Made by a program: the position numbers and the translations under genes | Notes under the pieces: model-generated | Databases searched by the model: none | Seen by the model: only the letters and a program-made list of their open reading frames with translations | Told to the model about the DNA's origin: nothing | Shown: positions 9,595-17,712 of the stretch, one piece after another | How the letters are laid out: each line of letters begins with the position of its first letter | How positions within the stretch are numbered: position 1 is the first letter of the stretch | From: Thalassolituus maritimus | GTDB lineage: Bacteria > Pseudomonadota > Gammaproteobacteria > Pseudomonadales > Oceanobacteraceae | NCBI RefSeq assembly: GCF_040372045.1 | Contig: NZ_BAABWH010000005.1 | Length of the DNA: 32,000 nt | Reading direction: 5' to 3' (one strand)

Positions 9595-10380
9595 ATGTTA
9601 CTCCTACGGACGTTTATCATCAGCCTTTTTTTCTGCCTTCCTGTGCACGCTATATCCAGCGATGGCGCACCTTTGGCCGAAGAGCTGCGCGTCTTCAAAC
9701 TCAGCACGGATGTGAAGCTGCTACTGCTTAAGTATTACCACGTTCAGGCCGACGAAGGAAATTCACAACTCGTTGAAGAAGTTCTGCGTCATAGAGATGA
9801 AGTTGCCTACCAGAAAGACCGTTTATTCCAGGAAATGTCGGAAGGCTACAGTGAGAAGCAGAGCCGGATCGACGGGCACTGGGTCGAATTCAATACTTTG
9901 CTGGATCAGAATATTAACGAAATTCGGGAGAGCAATTATCCGGAACTGCAGGTCGTCACACTGATGCGTAAAGCTCAGCGGGCCATGCTCGACGAGCTGG
10001 AACAACTCTCGCAAAGTATCCTCAGCAATAACGAAGTCTCTCTCTCTGAGCTGACTCTGTGGCAGCGCGACCAGAAGAATTTATTAATCGAGGTTGTTGA
10101 GCGCTACATTGAGCGTGCGGCGTCTTCCATGGGTGCTCCGCTGACCATCGACAGTGTCGATATCAACGTTCTGTGCCAGCGTTTTGATCGAGGTATCGAA
10201 GACATGCTTACGCGTGTGTCCTCGTCTGAAGCGCAACGCCTGTTGAATAAAGTGCGCAGCCAATGGCTGTTTATCGAAACCGCCGCTACAGACACCAACG
10301 CGCGCCTGATCCCTTTCCTTGTAATGCGCTATGCCGACAGCATCCTCGCACGCCTTGATGATGTGGCTCACCATATCTGA
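9595..10380 (+). CDS. Exported, largely helical hypothetical protein
   Basis: ORF 9538..10380. Internal ATG at 9595 gives a signal peptide (MLLLRTFIISLFFCLPVHAISS) followed by alpha-helical sequence. No family recognised. Confidence 0.65.
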   Translation: MLLLRTFIISLFFCLPVHAISSDGAPLAEELRVFKLSTDVKLLLLKYYHVQADEGNSQLVEEVLRHRDEVAYQKDRLFQEMSEGYSEKQSRIDGHWVEFNTLLDQNINEIRESNYPELQVVTLMRKAQRAMLDELEQLSQSILSNNEVSLSELTLWQRDQKNLLIEVVERYIERAASSMGAPLTIDSVDINVLCQRFDRGIEDMLTRVSSSEAQRLLNKVRSQWLFIETAATDTNARLIPFLVMRYADSILARLDDVAHHI

Positions 10381-10523
10381 GGCAGCAATGGCATCGATGG
10401 ATTTCGCAAATATTGAGCATAGAAACCTTAAGTATAGACAGGCGCGTGTCTTTGCCTGATACCGATAAGCAAAAGGCTTACGGCTATACTTAACGTATGT
10501 AAGCGCAGCATGGCAGCGTATGT

Positions 10524-11114
10524 ATGAGTTTAATTGTCTTCGATATGGGACGCCGGGTAGAAACCCCGGTTGCATCCCCCCGCAGAAGAATAAGTCCCCT
10601 TTCCGGCATCAGCCGTACGGATGCCGTCGAGCAGCAAAACGATCATGATGGCGAGCTCCTGACCTATTCCCGACAGGGACAACAGGAGCATGACGAGCAT
10701 TCACCTCAAGCTGTCGCACTCACTTCTGACATTATGATCCAGCCTGTTATCACAGTTGAAAGTGGTGCTTCTATTGGGCACGCCTATTCTCTGATGAGGC
10801 AACACGGTATTCACCATCTACCTGTGATGGACACTGATCACCGTGTACTGGCCATGGTATCTGACCGCCTGATACTAAGATCTCTGGTCGAAAATAATGC
10901 CAGTAATGAAGACCCCGTCATACGTATCGCTGCCAGACCCGTATACTGTACAGAAGAAGACGCAGATATTCGTCAAACGGCCCACCTGTTATGCGAATAC
11001 CACATTGGTGCCCTACCAGTACTGAATGATAAAGAACAACTGGTGGGCATCGTGACAGGCAGCGACCTGTTGCACGTTATCAGTGATTACGGGCCTTTGG
11101 AATTATGGGCCTGA
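10524..11114 (+). CDS. Tandem CBS-domain protein
   Basis: 196 aa; 'IMIQPVITVESGASIGHAYSLMRQHGIHHLPVMDTDHRVLAMVSDRLIL' and 'RPVYCTEEDADIRQTAHLLCEYHIGALPVLNDKEQLVGIVTGSDLL'. Confidence 0.9.
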   Translation: MSLIVFDMGRRVETPVASPRRRISPLSGISRTDAVEQQNDHDGELLTYSRQGQQEHDEHSPQAVALTSDIMIQPVITVESGASIGHAYSLMRQHGIHHLPVMDTDHRVLAMVSDRLILRSLVENNASNEDPVIRIAARPVYCTEEDADIRQTAHLLCEYHIGALPVLNDKEQLVGIVTGSDLLHVISDYGPLELWA

Positions 11115-11181
11115 CAAGCCACTCATCATTGACAATAAACGCCTGCAATAACAACAACAGCAGGCTATGGAGTGAATTACT

Positions 11182-12546
11182 TTGGCTAAACAATACGAAT
11201 TGATCCATCCGAAAACCCATCTTCGTGTGTTGTCACAGCATGAAATACAACAACTCAAAGACGTAGGAAGTGGCGCGCATGAGATGCTACGACGCTGTTC
11301 CTTTGCTGTTTTATCTGCCGGTAGCATGGAAGACGATTACACCCGCCTGGAAGAAAGCTATCGCGATTTCAGTATCAGCGTAGAACAGGAAGAGCGTGGC
11401 ATTGTTCTGCAACTCAGTGGTGCTCCCTCTGGCGCGTTTGTCGACGACGAAATTATCCGCGGCGTCAGGGAGCAGCTTTTCTCGGTACTGAGAGACATCC
11501 TCTACGCCGAAGAAAATATTCTTAAAGCCCATCGTTTTGACCTTAGCAAAAGTGAAGACATTACCAATGCCGTCTTTCACATTCTACGCAATGCTAACCT
11601 CCTGCAACCCGACGTCGAACCCAAACTCGTCGTATGCTGGGGAGGACATTCGATTCCACCCAATGAATACCAATACACCAAAGAAGTCGGCTACGAACTA
11701 GGCCTACGCGGTCTCGATATCGGTACCGGGTGTGGACCGGGGGCAATGAAGGGACCAATGAAAGGTGCCACCATCGGACATGCCAAACAGCACATCCGAA
11801 ACGGTCGCTATATCGGCATTACCGAGCCGGGCATTATTGCCGCAGAATCTCCCAACCCGATCGTAAATGAACTGGTTATTCTGCCAGATATAGAAAAGCG
11901 CCTTGAAGCATTCGTACGCATGGCACACGGCATTATTATTTTCCCGGGTGGCCCGGGTACAGCGGAAGAAATTCTCTACATACTTGGTGTGCTTTCACAC
12001 CCAGCCAATAAAGTTATTCCTTATCCATTAGTGATTACAGGACCAGAAGAAACCCGTGATTACCTGATGGACATTGATCGTTTTATTGGCGATACACTCG
12101 GGAAAGAAGCGCAGTCGCGCTACGAACTGATCATTAATGATCCTGTGACCGTCGCCCGTAGAATGAAAGCAGGCATGGAATCTGTACGCCAGTATCGTCG
12201 CGATAATAACGATGCCTACTTCTATAACTGGACATTGAAAATCGACCCTGATTTTCAGGCACCGTTCGAACCTACCCACGAGAATATGAAAACGTTACGA
12301 CTGAACCGCGATGCGCCTTTTCATGAATTAGCTGCAGACCTGAGGCGTGCGTTTTCTGGGATTGTAGCGGGTAACGTTAAGGCTGATGGCGTCGAGTTGG
12401 TACGTAAACATGGTCCTTACGAGATCCATGGTGACGCCGACATCCTTGATGGCATGGACCGATTACTGCGAGCGATGGTTGCCCATGGTCGAATGAAGAT
12501 CAGCGGTAACTACGAACCTTGCTACCGCATCGTAAAAAACGAGTGA
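11182..12546 (+). CDS. ppnN: LOG-family pyrimidine/purine nucleotide 5'-monophosphate nucleosidase (YgdH/PpnN)
   Basis: 454 aa; 'CWGGHSIPPNEYQYTKEVGYELGLRGLDIGTGCGPGAMKGPMKGATIGHAKQ', 'GIIIFPGGPGTAEEILYILG' (PGGxGTxxE). Confidence 0.93.
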   Translation: MAKQYELIHPKTHLRVLSQHEIQQLKDVGSGAHEMLRRCSFAVLSAGSMEDDYTRLEESYRDFSISVEQEERGIVLQLSGAPSGAFVDDEIIRGVREQLFSVLRDILYAEENILKAHRFDLSKSEDITNAVFHILRNANLLQPDVEPKLVVCWGGHSIPPNEYQYTKEVGYELGLRGLDIGTGCGPGAMKGPMKGATIGHAKQHIRNGRYIGITEPGIIAAESPNPIVNELVILPDIEKRLEAFVRMAHGIIIFPGGPGTAEEILYILGVLSHPANKVIPYPLVITGPEETRDYLMDIDRFIGDTLGKEAQSRYELIINDPVTVARRMKAGMESVRQYRRDNNDAYFYNWTLKIDPDFQAPFEPTHENMKTLRLNRDAPFHELAADLRRAFSGIVAGNVKADGVELVRKHGPYEIHGDADILDGMDRLLRAMVAHGRMKISGNYEPCYRIVKNE

Positions 12547-12574
12547 TTTGCTTCACGTGGATCAGCACCCCGCA

Positions 12575-14209
12575 TTAATGCGAGGTTTCCTGAGTAGCGT
12601 GCAACTGAATGCGTTCGGTTGCACGCTGCGATAGGCCCGCGGCATGGTTCATAACGTGAAAAATGACGTTCTGCTCGTTCACACCTGAAATCAACGGCGC
12701 ACCGGGTCCTCGGGCATAAATAGCAACATCCTCGCCGCCATGTGTTTCTGCAGTAAGTGGAACCAGCGCTTCCTGGTGATAGCCGACCGACTGAGTGTCT
12801 ATATCGGTAATGTCCTGACGACCAAAGGTCACTGGTTCTTCATAGACTACCTCAGGGTCTGTCTGAACGCCCAGTGCATAGTGGCCTCGACCGTTCATAT
12901 ACCCCAGAGTCGTATAGGGTTTACCGTCTTCCGCGAGCGTCGGTTCACTTTGCCCAACACCAACGACTTTTCCGAGAATGGGATTGCCGCGCTTGGGGTA
13001 GCCTGCCATTGTAAAAACATGGCTATGATCTGCAGTAACGATAATCAAAGTGTCGTCTTCTGAAGTCATATTTAATGCCATACTGATCGCATTCGAAAAC
13101 TCCCGGGTTTCATGCAGAGCATTAAACGCACTACCGGCGTGGTGCGCGTGATCAATGCGACCCGACTCGACCATAAGAAAGAAGCCTTCCTCGTCCGCGT
13201 CGGCCTGCAACAACTCCAGCGCTTTTTGAGTCATCTCACTCAATGACGGTTCGCCTGCTTTATCATTCTGACGATCGATTTCGAAGCGCATGTGAGTTTC
13301 TTCGAATAAGCCCAGCACAGGCAAAGTCGACAAGGACGCGAAGGTCTCAGAATCAAATGCGAACTGACCAACCGGATTCAGCTTCTGCCACTCAGAAATA
13401 AGATGGCGACCATCTGTGCGGTCACCCTCAGTCTCACTGCGCGCATCTGCGGTATTCGAGGCAGCATCCGCCGGCAGAAAATGTCGACGACCTCCGCCAA
13501 ATGCCACCTCAATACCGTCGACAGCAACTCCATAAGTCGAAGCTGTACGTGTTTTAAAATCAACAAACTGAGACGCAATGTCCACGCAGCCAGCGGCAAC
13601 GGCGTCTTCCGTCATATCGGAAATATCTTCCCAGTTGCGTTCGGCAGAATACGCGTATGTCGCCGCGGGTGTTGCGTGAGTCAGTCGCGCGGTGGTCACA
13701 ATACCGGTTCTCATACCGGCAAGCTCAGCCATTACCAGAGCGGAGGGCATTTGTAACTCTGCCTGATGGCAGGCACCCCGTTGTGCCTCTTCACTCAGGC
13801 CTATCACCCCTGCATCCGTCTTTACGCCTGTCACCATCGCGGTCATAGTGCCAGCCGAATCCGGGGTTTGCGCATCCACGTTGTAGGTTTTACTGAGCCC
13901 AGTAAAGGGTAACGTCTCAAAACTAAGCTGATACTCTTCACCACTCAGCCCCAGTAATTGCCCTGCGTAAATACGCGAAGCCGTCACGGTTGATATTCCC
14001 ATACCGTCGCCTACAAACAGAATGACATTCTTAGCTTGAGTGTTGTCTTTAAGATAGCTGGCTCGCTCCTCGACGGCTTTTTTCCCTGCGATATACCAAG
14101 GGTTAGTCGAATCAAAGAGGTCAATAGAACCAGAAGAGCTACGATCGATATCGGAGCAGCCCGACAGCAGAAATACAGAGGTAAACAGCAAAAGGTGGGA
14201 ATATTTCAT
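12575..14209 (-). CDS. Alkaline phosphatase, predicted lipoprotein
   Basis: ORF 12575..14218, likely start at 14209 (MKYSHLLLFTSVFLLSGCSD, lipobox). 'KNVILFVGDGMGISTVTASRIYAGQ', 'MVESGRIDHAHHAG', 'VTADHSHVFTMAGY', 'THGGEDVAIYARGP' match the alkaline phosphatase (PhoA) superfamily. Confidence 0.93.
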   Translation of the reverse strand: MKYSHLLLFTSVFLLSGCSDIDRSSSGSIDLFDSTNPWYIAGKKAVEERASYLKDNTQAKNVILFVGDGMGISTVTASRIYAGQLLGLSGEEYQLSFETLPFTGLSKTYNVDAQTPDSAGTMTAMVTGVKTDAGVIGLSEEAQRGACHQAELQMPSALVMAELAGMRTGIVTTARLTHATPAATYAYSAERNWEDISDMTEDAVAAGCVDIASQFVDFKTRTASTYGVAVDGIEVAFGGGRRHFLPADAASNTADARSETEGDRTDGRHLISEWQKLNPVGQFAFDSETFASLSTLPVLGLFEETHMRFEIDRQNDKAGEPSLSEMTQKALELLQADADEEGFFLMVESGRIDHAHHAGSAFNALHETREFSNAISMALNMTSEDDTLIIVTADHSHVFTMAGYPKRGNPILGKVVGVGQSEPTLAEDGKPYTTLGYMNGRGHYALGVQTDPEVVYEEPVTFGRQDITDIDTQSVGYHQEALVPLTAETHGGEDVAIYARGPGAPLISGVNEQNVIFHVMNHAAGLSQRATERIQLHATQETSH

Positions 14210-14246
14210 GGTCGTCAACGCCAGTCATGCGAATGACTGCATGGTA

Positions 14247-14921
14247 TCAGTAACGTCTTACAGTGACGACAACCCGACGATCAGCTTCACGTTGATCTTG
14301 AGTGGTAATGTCCCCTTCCAGAACCTTCGGACGACTATCCGCGTAACCCGATGCTTTAAGACGTTCTTTCGCAATTCCAGTTTGCAGTAAATACTTCACG
14401 ACACCGGTCGCGCGGGCCGCAGACAACTCCCAGTTTGAAGGGAATTCATCTGTCGCAATGGGTAAATCGTCGGTGTGCCCTTCCACTTCAATCATATGAG
14501 AGCCATGACTGACGTCTTTGATCACCCTTCCAAGCTCCTGCAACATAGGCTGCGCATCGGGCTTTAGCTGCGCCGACCCTGAATCGTACAGCGCCACATT
14601 TGCAAATTCGACCTGTATACCGCGCGGATCAAGCGTGACCGTTACCTGATCCGCCAACCCATTCTTTTCAACGTACTCGTCGAGCCCCTGCTTAATTTCC
14701 GTAAAAGGCGTCGCATTATTTTCAGATGAAATCACCTCTGCGAGGCCTTCTTTCAAGGACTCGATTTTTCCCTGATTTAAATCCGATACCGCGAGTATCA
14801 TCACGAAAAATGCCAACAGCAACGTAATAGCGTCAGAATACGTCACTAACCAAGAGCTGGAAGAATCATCAAAATTGGGACGACGTCGTCGCAATCCACG
14901 CTGACGAGATGCATGGCTCAT
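14247..14921 (-). CDS. MotB/PomB-like stator protein with C-terminal OmpA-like peptidoglycan-binding domain (non-flagellar context)
   Basis: 224 aa. 'SSSWLVTYSDAITLLLAFFVMILAVSDLNQGKIE' (single N-terminal TM with ion-binding Asp) and 'YDSGSAQLKPDAQPMLQELGRVI...IEVEGHTDDLPI...SNWELSAARATGVVKYL'. Start overlaps the upstream stop (TGATG). Confidence 0.93.
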   Translation of the reverse strand: MSHASRQRGLRRRRPNFDDSSSSWLVTYSDAITLLLAFFVMILAVSDLNQGKIESLKEGLAEVISSENNATPFTEIKQGLDEYVEKNGLADQVTVTLDPRGIQVEFANVALYDSGSAQLKPDAQPMLQELGRVIKDVSHGSHMIEVEGHTDDLPIATDEFPSNWELSAARATGVVKYLLQTGIAKERLKASGYADSRPKVLEGDITTQDQREADRRVVVTVRRY

Positions 14922-15724
14922 CAGAGTTCACCCGATAACACGGGGGTTCGTACAGACGGCTTAAGAAATGCGCTCAGCCTGTCCTGCATATACAGTGCCG
15001 TGCGCTTCTCACTCAACAGGACAAACCCCTCAGACACCAGCTGATGGCGGAAATACATGGTTTCCTGTTTTTCTGTAACCTGATTTGCAGCTGGCTTAAA
15101 AAATAAGTTCGACAGTAAAACACCATACAGCGTCGTGATTAATGCCAAGGCTAGGCCTTTACCCAAACCCGCCATATCCCCATTCAGATTATCCAACATG
15201 ATAATCAACCCGACTATGGTACCCACCATCCCAAAGCCGGGTGAGTACACAGCCATGGTATTCAATACCTTGCCTTCCAACGTGTGGCGCTGCCAGGTTG
15301 CATCCATCTGATCGGTCAACATAGTGCGGATATCATGATTGCTGTAGCCAGCTCCCATGAGATCCAGACCGGCGCGCATAAATTCATCGTTCTGCTCTTG
15401 CTTCGTCAAAGATTGCTCAAGCGCCACAATGCCACCTTGACGATAAATCGTACTCCACTCAACGAAGCGATCCGTCACCTGCTTGAGGTGTTTCTGTGAT
15501 GTTGGCGGGTGAAAGAAGGTGTACAGCATGCTGCGTAAGGCACGAATCACATCCATGGTGGAGTAACTGATTAAGGCTGCCGCCAAGGTACTACCAAACA
15601 CCAGCCCGAAACTGGAAACACTGATAAATATGACATGGTTATCAGTGGCGCTGGCCACTGCGAACACAAGGAGACCAATGCCTGCACAAAAACCAATTAG
15701 CGTACTGAATGAAAAACGGAACAC
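14921..15724 (-). CDS. MotA/PomA-like proton/sodium channel stator protein (non-flagellar context)
   Basis: 267 aa, GTG start with AGGAG RBS. Multi-TM; 'LEGKVLNTMAVYSPGFGMVGTIVGLIIMLDNLNGDMAGLGKGLALALITTLYGVLLSNLFFKPAANQV' matches the MotA/PomA TM3-TM4 block, including both conserved prolines. Confidence 0.93.
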   Translation of the reverse strand: MFRFSFSTLIGFCAGIGLLVFAVASATDNHVIFISVSSFGLVFGSTLAAALISYSTMDVIRALRSMLYTFFHPPTSQKHLKQVTDRFVEWSTIYRQGGIVALEQSLTKQEQNDEFMRAGLDLMGAGYSNHDIRTMLTDQMDATWQRHTLEGKVLNTMAVYSPGFGMVGTIVGLIIMLDNLNGDMAGLGKGLALALITTLYGVLLSNLFFKPAANQVTEKQETMYFRHQLVSEGFVLLSEKRTALYMQDRLSAFLKPSVRTPVLSGEL

Positions 15725-15766
15725 GACGATACTACTCCTTAACTCTTAGCCCCAAACCTTCAGAAC

Positions 15767-17701
15767 CTAGCTCTGCTTCACTTCAGCCAGCTCATCCATA
15801 GAGAAGCGACCTTCACGAATAACATCACGCATTTTTTGCACAACCTGACGACGGGCCGATTCAACCTGATCCTGTGCGGTCGCCGCTTCTGATACTTTCA
15901 GTTCATTAATAATCCCCGCGCGCAACTTGGCGGGCAACGCAGCCAGTACGTAACGTTTAAACTCAATAGACGTATTGCACAGCGACGCAGTTAAAATCGC
16001 GGTATCCAAGGTGCGTAACTCATTAGAAATAATGCGATCTGGTGTCCTGCTCAAATCAGCAAATGTGAAGTACACCTGACGTAAGCGATAGTAGGTTTCC
16101 GGCTTCTCAGACTTGAGTGTTTTAAGCATCCGGGTTTCTTCACTGGTGGTCATCTTATCCAGCATGCCGATTAATACCGACAAACCATCCGCCGTAATAT
16201 TCTCAAACGAAGGGACCGTCAATGACGCTTTGGCCAGGCGATCTGCAACATCTTTAAAAGCCGAGACGGGGAGACTCTCAAATTGTCCCAACTCGAATGC
16301 GATATCCGCCAACTCACGCGAGTCCAGTCGCAGAATAATATCCGCCGACCGCTGGGCCGGTAGCTGCGACATGACTAACGCCTTGATGCGTATATCCTCA
16401 TCCTTAATCAGGAACAGCACCTGGGAGTCGTTCAGTTTATTCAGAAAGGCAAAAGGCTGAGTATTTGAGGCGTCGTCCTGCTGGCGCTCAAGACGTTGAG
16501 AAAACTGCTCCATGCCTTCCGATAACTGCTCTTCATTCCAATCGCCTTCTTGTAGTAAGTCGTCGATCTGTTTCCAGTCTGCTGGCGTGAGATGCGGCGC
16601 CAGACTGGCAAATAAGCTCTTACCCATCGTTGCAGATAACGAAGCAACCTCAAATGCCTGCGCGCTGCCCAAGGCCTGTGACACCGCCTGCTGAAAGCGA
16701 TGTGGCTGCGACAGTCCCTGGCTCACCAGTCGTTGGCGGGATTCATTGATTCGATAACGGAGTGCTGCCGTATCGCCCTCCGACTGGCGGGCAATGCCAG
16801 TTCCCTTAGCCGTGTCAACGGGAGTATCAAGCCCGGGATGAGCTGTGGCCATTGAAGTAATTGGCTGATTGAGACGACGCCACAGTGCAAGGAACGCCAG
16901 CACGAGAAGCAACCCGACAACCAACAGGCTGGCTAACCAAATCCAAGGGGTGTATGCCTCCCAGAAAGAGAGGGGCGTTTCCTCTTTTTTCAGGTGACTA
17001 AAACCTGTTTTGACAATATTTAATGTATCTCCACGGAGTTCATTAATTTGTGCTTTGCGCGTCACCAGGTTTTTCAAAAACTCGATCTGTTCGTCTTCTA
17101 AGCCATTATCGACGACTAATGTAATCTCGAGTTTTTTAATGATATTGCGATAGCCTATGGTTTTCTCCGAGGGCTGACCGGCTTGCGCCTGTTGTTTTTG
17201 CTGTGCCACGTCTTTGAGCTGATCCGCGTAGGAGATAATCTCCTGACGCTCTTTCTCAAGCTGCTGCAGCTGAGAATGCAGCGCACGTAATTTCTCGTTA
17301 TTTTCCTTCAAGAGCGGCATTTCGCTGACAGGCAGACCAGGTAATTCTTCGAGGTCATCCAAATTATTGGATTCAATATCAGGCAGCGAAATACTGCCAC
17401 TGACTCGCGGTTTAGCCGGAAGTTGTGGAGGCTGCTGAGCTGGTGCTGGCTGACCCGATTCACGTACGACGGTGCGTGCGCGTTCAATGACTGCATCAAC
17501 CTGAATAATAAAGCGGTTATTACCGAGATAGGACTCAATATCCTGACGTAAGCGCGCCTCAAGGTCACTGCGAAAACGCGCCTCTTCTACCTCATCTTTT
17601 TTTACCGGCACCTCAAATGTGTCTTGAGAGTGTGCCATGAAGGGTAACATCAGAAGAGAGCAAACAAGCACCCAAAGATAACGACGTATTGAATTCATCA
17701 T
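15767..17701 (-). CDS. Exported/inner-membrane protein with FliF-like periplasmic and TM segment fused to a FliG-like cytoplasmic rotor module
   Basis: ORF 15767..17716 (649 aa from TTG); likely ATG at 17701 with GAGGG upstream. Using the 649-aa numbering: signal-like segment ~7-30; 'LEARLRQDIESYLGNNRFIIQVDA' (FliF ring-like); 'NIIKKLEITLVVDNGLEDEQIEFLKNLVTRKAQINELRGDTLNIVKTGF' (FliF C-terminal ring-like); TM 'PWIWLASLLVVGLLLVLAFLALWRR' (~258-281); 'PFAFLNKLNDSQVLFLIKDEDIRIKALVMSQLPAQRSADIILRLDSRELADIAFELG' (FliG middle); 'VYFTFADLSRTPDRIISNELRTLDTAILTASLCNTSIEFKRYVLAALPAKLRAGIINELK...QVESARRQVVQKMRDVIREGRF' (FliG C-terminal). Confidence 0.85.
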   Translation of the reverse strand: MMNSIRRYLWVLVCSLLMLPFMAHSQDTFEVPVKKDEVEEARFRSDLEARLRQDIESYLGNNRFIIQVDAVIERARTVVRESGQPAPAQQPPQLPAKPRVSGSISLPDIESNNLDDLEELPGLPVSEMPLLKENNEKLRALHSQLQQLEKERQEIISYADQLKDVAQQKQQAQAGQPSEKTIGYRNIIKKLEITLVVDNGLEDEQIEFLKNLVTRKAQINELRGDTLNIVKTGFSHLKKEETPLSFWEAYTPWIWLASLLVVGLLLVLAFLALWRRLNQPITSMATAHPGLDTPVDTAKGTGIARQSEGDTAALRYRINESRQRLVSQGLSQPHRFQQAVSQALGSAQAFEVASLSATMGKSLFASLAPHLTPADWKQIDDLLQEGDWNEEQLSEGMEQFSQRLERQQDDASNTQPFAFLNKLNDSQVLFLIKDEDIRIKALVMSQLPAQRSADIILRLDSRELADIAFELGQFESLPVSAFKDVADRLAKASLTVPSFENITADGLSVLIGMLDKMTTSEETRMLKTLKSEKPETYYRLRQVYFTFADLSRTPDRIISNELRTLDTAILTASLCNTSIEFKRYVLAALPAKLRAGIINELKVSEAATAQDQVESARRQVVQKMRDVIREGRFSMDELAEVKQS

Positions 17702-17712
17702 ATTGCCCTCCC

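Noticed and set aside
10084-10575. Minus-strand ORF of 163 aa
   Set aside because: Overlaps the 3' end of the exported helical protein and the start of the CBS gene. No recognisable motif.
11103-11327. Minus-strand ORF of 74 aa between the CBS gene and ppnN
   Set aside because: Overlaps the start of ppnN in antisense and has no family motif or convincing RBS.
14247-15724. Zorya-type (ZorAB) phage defence system
   Set aside because: Stator-like genes prompted the idea, but ZorA has a long cytoplasmic coiled-coil tail and Zorya carries zorC/D or zorE nuclease/helicase genes. Here the MotA-like protein is only 267 aa, and the partners are a FliG-like protein, a TPR lipoprotein and an outer-membrane protein.
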